This document shows, in pieces, positions 17,729 to 30,140 of a stretch of 64,000 nucleotides of DNA; the stretch's first letter is position 1; every line of letters starts with the position of its first letter. The translations under genes and the position numbers were made by a program. The stretch is taken from assembly GCF_009914755.1 (NCBI RefSeq), contig NC_060936.1, one strand, 5' to 3'. The DNA is from the human T2T-CHM13v2.0 reference genome, Homo sapiens. The notes beneath the pieces are model-generated. The model was not told where the DNA came from, made no database searches, and was given only the letters and a program-made list of their open reading frames with translations.

Positions 17729-19719
17729 GAAACTCACTTTTAGTAGGCAATATCAATATATATTTTATGCTATATTGGTTGTAAATTAAATTCAAATGTA
17801 TCCAGTGTTAGTGCCCATTTCTTGGTAATTTGAGAGTTTTAAAATTTACCTTTCTAATTATATAGTTAATGCATATGATAGAAAATTTATAAAATATAAT
17901 GATTAGAAAAAAGAAATAAGGATTATTTATTTTGGGATAATCATGTATCCCATCACGCTGGGATAAGGTTGTGGTATTTTTAGTGTTAGTTTTTTTCCTG
18001 ATACATAGGTTATATATATCATATAATGTACATATGCATATATGAATATATATGCATATACCTACACATATCATACAAATATTTATCCATTTTCATGTGA
18101 TGCTATAACTACCACATTTCTATGGCTTTCCCCTTTACATGATATTGGGAGGAAATGCTTTATTCCCCAGCCCTGATGTTTTATTCTGTGTGGTAGCAGT
18201 TTTAATATAATAATATTCCTGGATTCTTCCTCTTGTCAGTCTCCCTAGAAGAGGAAAAGTGACTTGTGTAACTGGTGCATTTGGAATAAGATAGTGGGGC
18301 ATGTGCAGGTCTGTGCTTTCCTTTAGGATTCTGCCTACCTGTAAAGACCATATAATCTGGTCTGTTCTTTGCAAGTGGTAAAGTAAGCCCAAAGGCATTG
18401 TCCCTGCAGGAGAGTGCTGTGGTTTACCATTGCTGCCTGTGACTGGTGAGAAAATTTGCTTGAAGGAGGTGCAGTCATAAAAGAATATCACTTTCGTGAT
18501 TTGAAGTCACAAATGCAGCAGCTCTATCAGCAATATAATTGACATTTTGATCTCTGTAGGCCCAGTTCCTACGTCTTTTTCAGGCAGGAGAGACAGCTGC
18601 TATGTCTTGGTCCACTAAAACACCAACATATGGCACCAAAAAGTCAGACAAAAAAATGGGCTGACAACTTTACAACTTTTCTTGTTAGGTAGCCTTATTT
18701 CAGCACAGATATCTATGCTTGTAGACAGGTCAGAGAAACATCATGGTAAATGGTGTTATGGAAGAAGTCAGGAGTAGAGAGGTTCCAAAAGAGGTTTCTC
18801 AACAGAGCCAGATACTGCTGGAGGTTAAGAAAAATGTGAACAGAAAAAGGCTGTTTGATGTGTTAATGAGTAGATAATTGGAAGCCTTCAAGTCCTGATT
18901 CTCAAAATGTGGTTCAAGGTGCATTGGGAGGGCATGTGATCCTCACTGCAACTCACATGAAAAGTGCAAGTTCCCTGTGCAGCCATATAGGTGCATTCTG
19001 TACAACTGCAGACTTTTTTATGCCAAAGCGTTATTGAGTAAGTTTTTAAGGGTTGGTACAATTTGGTCTTAGTAAACTAAAATTAGTATGTTGTCAGTAT
19101 ATTGACCCTTTTAAGAGGTGAAAGAGTGAGGTATAATGAAGAAATAGGCAGAACACGAAGACCAATTTTGATCAGAACAAAAGGATAAAGACAGGATGGT
19201 AAACAGAGAGAATTCATTTTTTCCCCATAGTTTTAAATAACTATGACCTTTATACTACAGCAATAGTGTCTTAGATGACTTACTCTTCCTTCTTAAGCTC
19301 CCTGCATTACTGATGAGCTACTCCTTTTAACACATGAAATAACAATACTAACAGTATTGGTAAGAATATGTTGAGACATTTCATAAACAGTTGCAATACC
19401 AACTTCATGAGTTTTTCATATCCTTGCTCAGTTGTTGTTATGATCAATTGATAAGCTAATTAAAACAATTAACAAAGAGCTAAATGGGTATTGATAGTGA
19501 GTGAGAAAAGATACCCAAATTTCTTGTTTAAAAAGGGTAAGATCTTGTAGACAAGGACAATATTCAGGAGCTTCTTGAATTTTGTGTTCACACATTTAAA
19601 AGTGCTTGCCTGTTTTCTCAGTTGCTAGGGAGCCTGAGCACAGCTTAACAAAATAAATGTGTTTGTGTGTTCAGATGTTGCAGGTAGGTGAGCGAATACC
19701 AATCAAAAACTGCCACATT

Positions 19720-20292
19720 CGATTCCTCAAGGATCTAGAACTAGAAATACCATTTGACCCAGCCATCCCATTACTGGGTATATACCCAAAGGATTAAATA
19801 TCATGCTGCTATAAAGACACATGCACACGTATGTTTATTGTGGCACTATTCACAATAGCAAAGACTTGGAACCAAGCCAAATGTCCATCAATGATAGACT
19901 GGATTAAGAAAATGTGGCACATATACACCATGGAATACTATGCAGCCATAAAAAAGGATGAGTTCATGTCCTTTGTAGGGACATGGATGAAGCTGGAAAC
20001 CATCATTCTCAGCAAACTATCACAAGGACAAAAAACCAAACACCGCATGTTCTCACTCATAGTGGGAATTGAACAATGAGAACACTTGGACACAGGAAGG
20101 GAAACATCACACACCGGGGCCGTTGTGGGGTGGGGGGAGTGGGGAGGGATAGCATTAGGAGACACACCTAATGTAAATGACGAGTTAATAGGTGCAGCAC
20201 ACCAACATGGCACATGTATACATATGTAACAAAGCTGTACGTTGTGAACATGTACCCTAGAACTTAAAGTATAATAAAAAAATAAACAAATA
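19720..20292 (+). mobile_element. 5'-truncated L1 (L1PA4/5-like) 3' end
   Basis: ORF2 C-terminus MIDWIKKMWHIYTMEYYAAIKK, 3' UTR and tail; TSD AAAAACT(G/A)CCACATT at 19705-19719 and 20293-20307. Confidence 0.96.
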
Positions 20293-20324
20293 AAAAACTA
20301 CCACATTATCAAATAATAGTTAAG

Positions 20325-20470
20325 ATAGGGGTTAGTAAGGCAGACTTGGGTTCAAACCTGGGTTGAGTGGCCTTGGTCAAATTTCTTCTCAGTTGAAGAA
20401 AATGAGGCTCAGTTTCTTCACCTGGCACATGGGAATGGTAACTGCATCCCTTTCATAGTCTTTAATGTGG
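20325..20470 (+). mobile_element. MIR fragment
   Basis: CAGACTTGGGTTCAAACCTGG..GGCCTTGGTCAAATT..CTCAGTTTCTTCACCTG. Confidence 0.6.
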
Positions 20471-20486
20471 GCCCTACATGAGCTAT

Positions 20487-22087
20487 TGATAAGGGATCAT
20501 TGGGGTCCGATTTTCCGGCCAGAAACCTCTGTGGCTGGTGGCACCTTTGCCTGAGTTCTTGTCCTGCATTCAGGAAGAATGAGGTATGCAGACAAGTGAA
20601 GGGTGAACAAGACAAAGATGAGCTTTATTAAGTGTTAGAACAGCTCAGAGGAGACCCACTGTTGATAGCTCTTCTCTGTAGGCTGGTCATCTGTGGAGTG
20701 TTCAGCTCTCAGCAGAGAGGAGGCTCTGGAGAGGGTAGCTCCTCTCTGCTACTGGTTGTGCAGACATCTACTGCTCTCAGCAGAGAGGAGGCCCTGGAGA
20801 AGATTGTTCCTCTCTGTAGCTGGTAGTCCCATCTTCCCAGGTCTCTGAAACTCTCAGCAGAGAGGGTAGCTCCTCTCTGTAGCTGATCATTCTGTCCTCC
20901 TACTTTCAGCAGAGAGGATAGCTCCTGTCTGCAGCTGGTTGTTGCCTCTCCCTCTTCATCTCTTCACCCTCTGTCTGCTCTGGCTGAGGCCTTTATGGGC
21001 CTCAGAGGGTGGGGAAGTGCATGCTGACTGGTTCATGGGCAGCCATGGGTGGGCCCAAGAAAAAGCACCATGAGCTCCTGCTCTGGGTCTGCAGGACTGG
21101 CGGCCCCGGACCCCAGGCTTTACTGGAGACCTGCCCTTTTCTGCCCAGGAGCCTGTCTGCCTCCCATGGCTATCCATGGTGCCCAGGCTGCTGGCACCAA
21201 GAGACACCTGCAGTTCAGCACCCAGCTGCCCTTAGTCCCCTTTTAGCTTCCCTTCTTTTTGGCACCCAAAGTCTGGAGGGTCTAAGGCTGTGTGGGGGGG
21301 ACGGGGGGGGGGGGGCGGGGGGCGGGGGTTGGCACGTCAGCACTGCCCTGAGCCTGTGCACACAGCTGGGGCTGTGACAGAACCTGGGCTCAGCCCCAAC
21401 CCTGCTCCCAGATTAGAGCGGGTGCCCGGAGTAGGGAGAAGCCCGGCAACAGAGACAGGCACTCCAAGCTTGCAAAGGTAAGAATGCAGGGATGCCTGGG
21501 TCTGCGGTTTGGGTGGCTGCAGCTGAGGGCAGAGGGAGCAGGGTTCCTGCTTGCTCGGTGGAGCGGGAGGCCTAGATCCGCAGCCCTGACTTGGGCAGCT
21601 GCAGCCTGGCCCAGGAGGGCGGGGCTTCTGCCTACTCCTGTCTCCGGAGAGCACAGGGGTACCCAGGTTGCAGTGGTGGCCTGGACACCTTGCAGTTGCA
21701 CCTGGGGAGCTCCCACCTGCCAACTTGGAAGGGGCAGGGCTCCCGCTTATCCCAGTTCCGCAGGCTCCATGGAGCAAGGCACCTGGCCATGCCCCCTGGC
21801 AGCCTGGGGTGGGGGCTCCAGATCCTTGCTGGGCCTGGGCTAGTAGCGGGGTTGGGTCGATGCTGCCGAGAGCTCTCCCTGTCTCTCCGGAGCTCCCCCT
21901 GTGGCCCGGGAGCTCAGGGGCTAGCCAGAGCTCCCCCTTGTCCGGAGCACAACCTAGCCCCGCTCCAATGGGCGGTGCCCAGGGCAGCAGGCTGCTGTTG
22001 GGGGTTCTGTCTGCCTCCTCCCAGTACCCTCCCTGCAGCGGCCGGCATGATGGCAGCAGCCGCACCAGATGGCCGCCGCTGCCATCA
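20487..22087 (-). mobile_element. MER52 (MER52A-like) ERV1 solo LTR
   Basis: TG...CA termini; the minus strand starts TGATGGCAGCGGCGGCC; 4-bp TSD CTAT at 20483-20486 and 22088-22091; minus-strand AATAAA near 20625; GC-rich, with internal CTCTCAGCAGAGAGG/GTAGCTCCTCTCTG repeats. Confidence 0.92.
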
Positions 22088-25000
22088 CTATTAGCTATAA
22101 AACAGCTAGAAGTGGCAGATAAAAAGTAACAGTAAACTAGGCTTAAAGATACGTGTTTACTGCACATCAATGTTGAAAATGAATAGTTTAGTGACTTGCT
22201 TCTTTGGATATTCAGTACAAGGGGAAGTGGAGTAACAGCTTTGTTGATGAAATGAAGGTCTTGAACATAGTAACCAGGATAGTAATAATATCAACATTAA
22301 AAAGTGGCCTGATTGGATTTGCAGTGTTTACAGTTACTGATTATTACACTTGTCAAGGAGCTTTCACCAAAAGTCAATCAAAAACTCTAGGCCCCAGGAA
22401 AAAGCAATGGTCAAAACAATTTGGTTTTGCTGAAATGCTATCATTTGTTTCTGGAGAGAATATATATATTCGAGGTTGAAGGTCAAAACGGCACATTTTA
22501 AGAACAGTTTTTGAATTCAAAATCTCTGCTTCCATTCACTCTCCATCCTGTCCCTTCACATTATGGCTTCTGTGAACATGCAACTCAAATCCTAAATCAT
22601 GTAGAAGACTCTTTAAGGACATCTAATTAAATTCATATTCATCTTTCTTTTCTTCATTTTTACCACTACCAATTAAATATTAATATTGAAACAAAGCCAA
22701 ATTTAATGATTTAGAATAGAATCTCTTATCCTACTCATTTGAAATGCTTTTTATAACCTAGTTTTTCCTTCATTTCATTAGTCTCTGCCCTCTATTTTAA
22801 TATTACCTCTTAATTAGTGTCCCCTTTCACATCCCCTAATAACATTCTTGTGATAAAAACTTTTCTTTCATGTGCAGAGACCTAAAATTTAGAAATTACA
22901 TGAAGAACTTTTGTATATTGTTCTGGAAACTTTAAATTCTATACAATTTTGAGTAAGCCCCTATCCTTATAAGCTGTTTTTAAAAATTATGAAATGGTGA
23001 AGGTCTCCACTCTTCCAAGTACAAATTCACTGGAGGAGATAAAGCTTCCATAAAATATAAAATAATACTCTATATACTTTTTATGATAGTATCATTTCTA
23101 TGCTTTGTGACTTCATGTCCATTTATGCTTGTAAAAATATTTTTATAAAAGTTACAGACAGGTCTATGGATGAAATAGAAGAAAACAGATTTAACGCAAA
23201 GTTCCTCAGAGACAGGAGAAAAATCACGATTTAACCACAAATAGATATTATCCTGGGTACAGTAAACAAACATAATAGCAAGTTACTTGTTTTTAACAGA
23301 GTATTCAATTCTCATTATTATATGTTTGAGTCAACAGAACTTTCCACCTTCCACTCCCCTGATTATGTTTTCTATCTTTTATTGGGATGTTATTTTTCCC
23401 AGTTATTCTTGTTCCTTGTTCTCTTTCAGCCTCCCCTCCCCTTCCTTCAGTATTTCTCATGCTGATGGCAGAACCCAGCAGCCAAAGCTTGAGTTGAAAA
23501 TGACTGGAATCAGGGTCAGGCAGAAACCCTGTGTGGCCAAAAGCTCAACACTCAGGCAAATGTCTGAAAAACGAGGTCAGACAAATTCAGGTTTCTACAT
23601 CCAGCCCTATCAAAATAACAAAACTCTAATCATCACAGCCCTGACCTCTTCATTCATGGAGCTTTTCTGAAAGGACAGAGACTTCTCACTACAGTGTTCA
23701 GTAAGAATTGAGACCATGATTACTTCGAAGAGGCTTTTAGGGATGCTTAGAAGTAGATATCCATGGGCAAAATAATAATCCTTCAGCCCCCAACGACTTT
23801 GCATTCTAGTCATAAACTGATACTTTCCTGAGCCATTGAATATATAAATACTACTCTTTTTTAAAAAAATTAAGAAATTAAAAGTCCTTACAGGTCATTG
23901 GAGCTTTATTTCAGATGTGGGTGAAATAAGGAGATGGGTACCTTTTATGTGCTTATATTCAATCAATAGGAATAGACTCTTTTGGGACTTTCAACTGATC
24001 ACATGCAAAAGCTTAAGCTCTGAAGGGGCACAGAGACCACACAAGCTCTGAAACATCAGTCTGATCACAAGAGTAGTTTGAAGTCTAATGCTCCGTGGAA
24101 GTGTGTTATACATTTCCTTTCATTTTTATTCCCTCCATGAAGTAGTTTATGTTTCACTTCAATGGCTGTAATGGGATTCTGTGTTTTCACTTTTCTGGTG
24201 AACTATACAATTCTCCAAGAAACACGGTAAAATGAAATGAGGTTTATTGGCATGTGCTTTTAACATGCAAATAAAAACTCTATGATTTAATGTCTTTCAA
24301 CTTTTTTCTTAGTAATCCTGATTTTTTCTGTCATGGGGGAATTAATAATTTTCTGCATGGTTAAAATGAATAAAGGCAGAGTGTGGAATAAGTTTTAGCT
24401 AGTGTTTTTGTGGTCCTTTCAACTGAAGAAGGATATGGAAAAATAACAATAAGCATATAATTTTCCACAATGTGTTATTTTAGTGATTAGCACCTTGAGA
24501 ACTGTCTCATTTCTAGAAAAGAAAGATTCTGAGTGATGTTGTCTGCAGCATAACTTTGATGCACAACATGACTCTGCCTATTTCATCCTGTTATTACTTC
24601 TCAATTACCACAATAAGAGTCTTCTTTTTCTTTTAGGAAGATTGAGGTCCTGGTATTTATTAGGACTGCACTATGTCTGATCTAATTATTAACTGTTAGA
24701 AGTATATATATTGATCAGAAAAACAAGGGAAACTATTTATAGCTTATTCCTTTTTGTGACAGCCAAATATAGACATGGCTAATTTGATACAACACAATCC
24801 AGCATCAATTATCAACTGAGTAATTCGCAATAGCAATTTTTAAAATTAACTTGAAGAGTATGAATGCTGTAGGGCAAGGTATTTTAGTGTACAAGGCTAA
24901 GAAGCCACATCTTCTTTAAAGCTTAATTTCTTTTAAATGAAAGATTTAAACAGGTTAGTCCTCCTCATATTAAAAGCTATATAAGCAATAAACATTACAA

Positions 25001-26631
25001 GAAAATCACTAAAAAAACTTTCCTTTCCCTTTAGTCTAAAATCTTGCTGCTGAGCCCTAAATCCTGCTTGGAAATTCTTGCCAAGCCATCATTTGGCATT
25101 ATTACCTGCTCATGTCTCACACCAGAGTTGCACTTAAAAAAATAACATCAAATCTGGCAGCCCTATATTTTGTGGGAAACAGAGCTTGACTTCTTGAATC
25201 AAATAATTTATTTGGGCCATCTTGATGACTGTTTTCTGCAATATTGAATCAGACAGAAAGTTAATCCAATTTTATTATTAAGATGGATGTAAACACCAGA
25301 TGCATTATTTTTTGACATTGTTATTCATCATCAAGGACCACAGATAAAATTAAAATTATCTATGACTTTGTACCAACACTAGAACCATTATATTGTTTTT
25401 AAATATTGAAACTAAATTCTTATTTTTAATCTTTGTTGTCCAGAACTTCGTACAATGCCTAGAACACAGTGGAAACTAAATACATACTTTTTGAAATAAA
25501 GTTAAGTGGAATAAACATTGGGCGAGGTTTTTCACCTCAGGATAGCACTTTCTATACAGATTAATAAATTTATACATCATTTTAAATAAGAGCCATATTT
25601 AAGCCAACATTAAAGAGTAAGGTTCTTGGTTTACTGATAAAAAACAACAAAGCTGAGTTCCCCAGCTGGGAATTTAGCTGATGATGTCTCATAGCACTGA
25701 CTTTCACTCACTGGACCCTACATGCAATTATAACAGAAGATACTGACTAGTCTTTTAGTGAAGTCTGCACACAAACACAGGGTACCCGAGATGTCATTAT
25801 TATAAAAATGTCTAGATTTAGTGAATTAACCCACTGTAACCCTCTCTCAATTTTCGTTTCTAGTTGTAGTCATCTTTTCCCTGATGTCAGTGTGGGAACC
25901 ACACTAAACAAAACAAAGAAAATATCTGCTCCACTCAATGTCTTTTAAGAACTTTTGAGTTCTGTTCAAGTGAACATATTTATAATTCTACTCTCCTTAG
26001 GATGATTATGAACTTTACAAGAAACTCCTTATGATTATGGTAGATATTTACTGTTAAGATATTTTGAATGACTGCATAGCATTTTCTTTTAATTTCAGAC
26101 TTTTAGGCTAAAGATATTTCCCTAGATATCACATAAGTTCTATGCTGACTCATTTTTCCACATTTACATGAACAGATATAGACATAAATCTTAATATTTA
26201 CCCTCCTAAGCTCTTAACATTACACCGAGGACCCTCTGCCTATCATGAGAGATTATCTCACCTGTTTGGAAATTGACTGCATGTTGTGATGAAGTCGACT
26301 TCCATTTGCACTCTTCTTTGTGTTATTTCCTTACCATAGCAAGCAGGACTAATCGTAAAGCTTTCTAAGCTTGTGTGCTGAGATGAAGCCTCATTTAGTC
26401 ACCTGGAGGTAACCGCCTGGTACTGTTTCTAGAGACACTGCGGATCCCAGGTCTACTGCAGCAGCCTGTGCTTTCCCAAGAGATATCCCAGGTGCTTGCT
26501 GTTTCAACAGTTTACTAGAATTGAAATTCATGGGGATTTTTTTTTTCCATGGGAATTAGCAAAACTGTAAGATGAGAACTTTATGGGCTGTGGACAAGGT
26601 GTGTTGCATGAGGAATGTTTTTATCTTCCTG

Positions 26632-26727
26632 ACCAACATGGCACATGTATACATATGTAACAAACCTGCATGTTGTGCACATGTACCCTAAAACTTAAAG
26701 TATAATAATAATAAAATAAAATAAAAA
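26632..26727 (+). mobile_element. Very short L1PA 3' terminal fragment with A-rich tail
   Basis: ACCAACATGGCACATGTATACATATGTAACAAACCTGCATGTTGTGCACATGTACCCTAAAACTTAAAGTATAATAAT. Confidence 0.95.
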
Positions 26728-28210
26728 TATTAAATACTCATAAGCTAGTTTCATAATAAACATAAATTTCTTTTCAAAGTTCCACTATTTCCACCAAAAT
26801 TTTCTTACTTGGTGCTAGGGTCTTTATAGATATCTTATTTTAGCAGTCAGCATGACTTAGAAACAAGGGTTATTATTAATTTTTATATTGATTGGCAAAT
26901 TAAAGTGACTCAATCAGAGGCAAAGTAACTAATCTGGGATTCAAATATTAGCTGGTCTGATTCCAAAACTGATGACTTTTTTTTTCTTACCATACCATAT
27001 GCATACCATTATGATTGAACCCTGAGGGATTTCAGATAACTGTTGTAATTATTATTATTAGAGAAATATTTTGTCTAAAAATAGATGGCAACAAAAAAAT
27101 TAAGACATTATCTCTGTCTTTTAGAAGCTAATAGTCTGATAGAAAAAGGGTAGTTGAAACACTAGGAATTCCATGAATTATGGACTCAAGTTATATGGCA
27201 TAACTCTAGGAAGGTTACAATAAAACAATCATTTATACATTACTGGCCACATGGAATTGATTTTAAGGCAATAGGGCAGTGTTAAGGGTATTAAAAATGT
27301 TCATAATCTTTAATCCAGTAATTCCCCATCTGCAAATTTATCTTAAGAAAATGATCTCAATGAATAAAAAATAAGTAGGCACAAATATTTTCTTTGCAAC
27401 ATAATAGTAAAAAATCAGAAGCAACTTAAATGAACATCAACAGTAAAAAGGATAATGTTACATCAACAGGAGATAATTGTTGTCTAATTCTCCCTCTCAT
27501 TCCTGCATCATTAGTTCACCCTTTCTACTAGATTTTTCTAATTTATATTCAAATGTGGTATAATATTTCTCATATTAAAACAAAAGCTGAACAAATCCAA
27601 ATATCCTGTTATTCAGCTACCATTCCTTTTTTTAATCTCCTTTATAAACAAAGGTCTCAAAAGAGTTGCCCATATTTATTGTTTCTAATAACGCTTTCCA
27701 CCTCCCATTCTCCCTGTATCAGCTCCTGTTAAACTAAACCAGGATTGCTACATCCAATGTTCAATCCTTAATATTCCTCCTGTTGATCTTCCTTCTTAAC
27801 ACAAATGATTCCTTCCTCTGCCCTGATACCCTTTCCTGCCTAGGCTTCCAGGGTGCCACACTTTCTTAGTTTTTCTTCTCATTGGCCATTCCTTTTCAAG
27901 TTCCCTTTGCTTATTTGTCCTCATCTTCCTCACCTCTATACAATGGACAGCCCAATGCTCAATTCTTAGTCTCTTCTTTTCCTCTATAGTCTGAAATTTA
28001 GCAGGATCTCTCCCTTAGAACTCAAGACTCATGCATCCAATTGCATCCTTGACATACCCCCTTAAATAACCAACTGGATCTTGTCCACACTGAACTCCTG
28101 ATTCCTACTCTACTCACCTCTACCCTACATCTGTTTCTCTGTCAATTCTCTTCCTTTCCGTAACTAGCAACTTCAATCTTTCATGTGCTCAGGTTAAAAA
28201 ACCAGCCATC

Positions 28211-28320
28211 CCAGGAAGCGGAGGTTGCAGTGAGCCAAGATAGCACCACCGCATTCCAGCCTGGGTAACAGAAGGAGACTCCATCTCAAAAACAAGAGAC
28301 AAAAAACAAAAACAAAAACA
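28211..28320 (+). mobile_element. 5'-truncated Alu (3' part of right arm plus tail)
   Basis: CCAGGAAGCGGAGGTTGCAGTGAGCC...CCATCTCAAAA; perfect 15-bp TSD AAAAAACCAGCCATC at 28196-28210 and 28321-28335. Confidence 0.95.
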
Positions 28321-28432
28321 AAAAAACCAGCCATCATTCTTGTCTCCCTTCTTTCTCTCACCCTCCAGAGCTGGTAAAACCAGTTAGCATTACCTATCAA
28401 CAATATTCAGAACAAGACCACTTCTACCACCT

Positions 28433-28480
28433 CCACATCTATCATGGGCCAAAGCCACATCTATCATGGACCAAAGCCAC
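28433..28480. repeat. 22-bp tandem duplication
   Basis: CCACATCTATCATGG(G/A)CCAAAG twice, plus a partial third copy. Confidence 0.9.
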
Positions 28481-29489
28481 TGCCAAAGCAGTTCTCCCTG
28501 CTTCCACTCTGCTTTTATTGTTTATTTTCTGCAAAAACCTGGAGTAATTTTTGAAACCATAAATTAGATCATGTCAGTACTTTTTAAAAAACCCTCTGGA
28601 GGCTTCTAACTCATTCAGAATAAAATTAGAATCTGACATGGTCCTATTTGATCTCTCTAATAGCACCTCCCCATCTTCCACCACTCTTCTTTGACTTCCA
28701 CTTCATTTATTCTAGTCTCCTTGCTGCTTTTCAAACACACCAAGCCCCCGCCAGCCTCAGAGCCTTTTTAAAAACTGTCTCACTGTTAGAAATCCTCTGA
28801 GATATATGCAGGGCTAACTCCCTCCCTTCATTCAGGTCTCTACTGAAACATTACCTTTTCAGAGATGCCTCCACTAATCAGACTCTTTTAGAATACCACG
28901 TTTCCTGTCACCGTCTGCCTGCTTACCTTGCTTTATTATTTTTTTCCTTAGCACTTCTCATCATTGATGTATTATATTCTGTTCCTATTAGAAGGTATGC
29001 TTCAAAAAAGCAAGGATTTTGACTGTTTTGCTTACTGATGATCCACAGAGCCTAAATAATGCTTGGCTTATGGCAGAAGCTCAATAAATATCTTTTGGAT
29101 GAATGAATAAAGCAGGTCTATAATATTAGGTAAAATAAACATAATGCAAATATATGTATATGGTAATTACAACTACATAAATATGTTAAAGTCTATAAGA
29201 TGTAATGGTTTTTTAAGATACAAAAAAATGTAAAATAGTTGTGGGTGATGGAATTTGAATAAAATATTTTGTTGAGCTGATTTCAGATATTTTTAAAATA
29301 CAAAATTACCATGTGTATCTGGAAAATGATTGTGGTTGACAGTTACAGAGAATGCAGTGGCTATTTTTGAGAAACGACTTGCTTCAACCACATATCTCAG
29401 AGGAAAAAAACCACAGTGATTTCAGAGTTAATACCACTCCCCACATTTGGACATCATCTCCCATTAGGTATAGCACACCAGTTAAGTGC

Positions 29490-29710
29490 TATGATTCAAA
29501 GTCATACTGGGTCTGAAGCATAACTCTTCAACTCAGCTGGATAAACCTGGGCTAGTTACTTAACCTCTCACAAGGTCAGTTTCTTCATCTGAAAGAGAAG
29601 ATAATGGTCTACTACGTCAGAGGTTGTTAAGGGGATTGATTGAGAAAGCTTCTAAGATGTGTAGGGTGTTGCCTGGAACCTAATATGTACTCAATAAATG
29701 TTACCATAAG
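29490..29710 (+). mobile_element. MIR SINE
   Basis: CCTGGGCTAGTTACTTAACCTCTC..CAGTTTCTTCATCTG..GAGGTTGTT..CTCAATAAATGTTA. Confidence 0.8.
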
Positions 29711-30140
29711 ATAGTTTTGTTATTATTAAGTTGGGCAGAGATTTTCAGCGATGAAATTCAAAATGGTTAAATGACAACTAATAAATGGCAGAATTAGGCC
29801 TTCTTACCCCATATTTAATTTTTCAACTATGTCATGTGGCTACTCTTCAGGTGACAAGTAAAGGTTGGACCCATTCTGCTTAGTATGGTTGTCTCTTGGT
29901 GAACTTTTCTGTCATATCTTGTATCTATGTCATAATTTACTAATAGTGGCATCTCATAAGTGATGTAAATTTCAAACTTATATCTTGCAATTAGCTTATT
30001 TTAAAAATATGGACAATAAGATGTAATTATTTTAAAGATAGTTTAAAACCTTTAAGTTTCAAATAATTTTCAAATTCTCATATAGGGGATAGGTATTAAG
30101 AAAAACACTAAATTTTGTACACATGCTGACTTCTGTTATA

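Larger units (their letters stand above)
27480..29110 (+). mobile_element. L2 LINE (long fragment to 3' end), interrupted by an Alu piece
   Basis: GGCTTCCAGGGTGCCACACT, CACTGAACTCCTGATT, CTTCATTCAGGTCTCT, GCTCAATAAATATCTTTTGGATGAATGAAT. Confidence 0.8.

Noticed and set aside
19622-19683. Possible 62-nt exon (TTTTCTCAG|TTG ... CAG|GTAGGT)
   Set aside because: An isolated splice-like pair with no other support; such matches arise by chance in 64 kb.
20956-22170. Overlapping ORFs up to 277 aa in GC-rich sequence
   Set aside because: All lie within or at the edge of the MER52 LTR; high GC depletes stops on both strands, and there is no protein-like motif.
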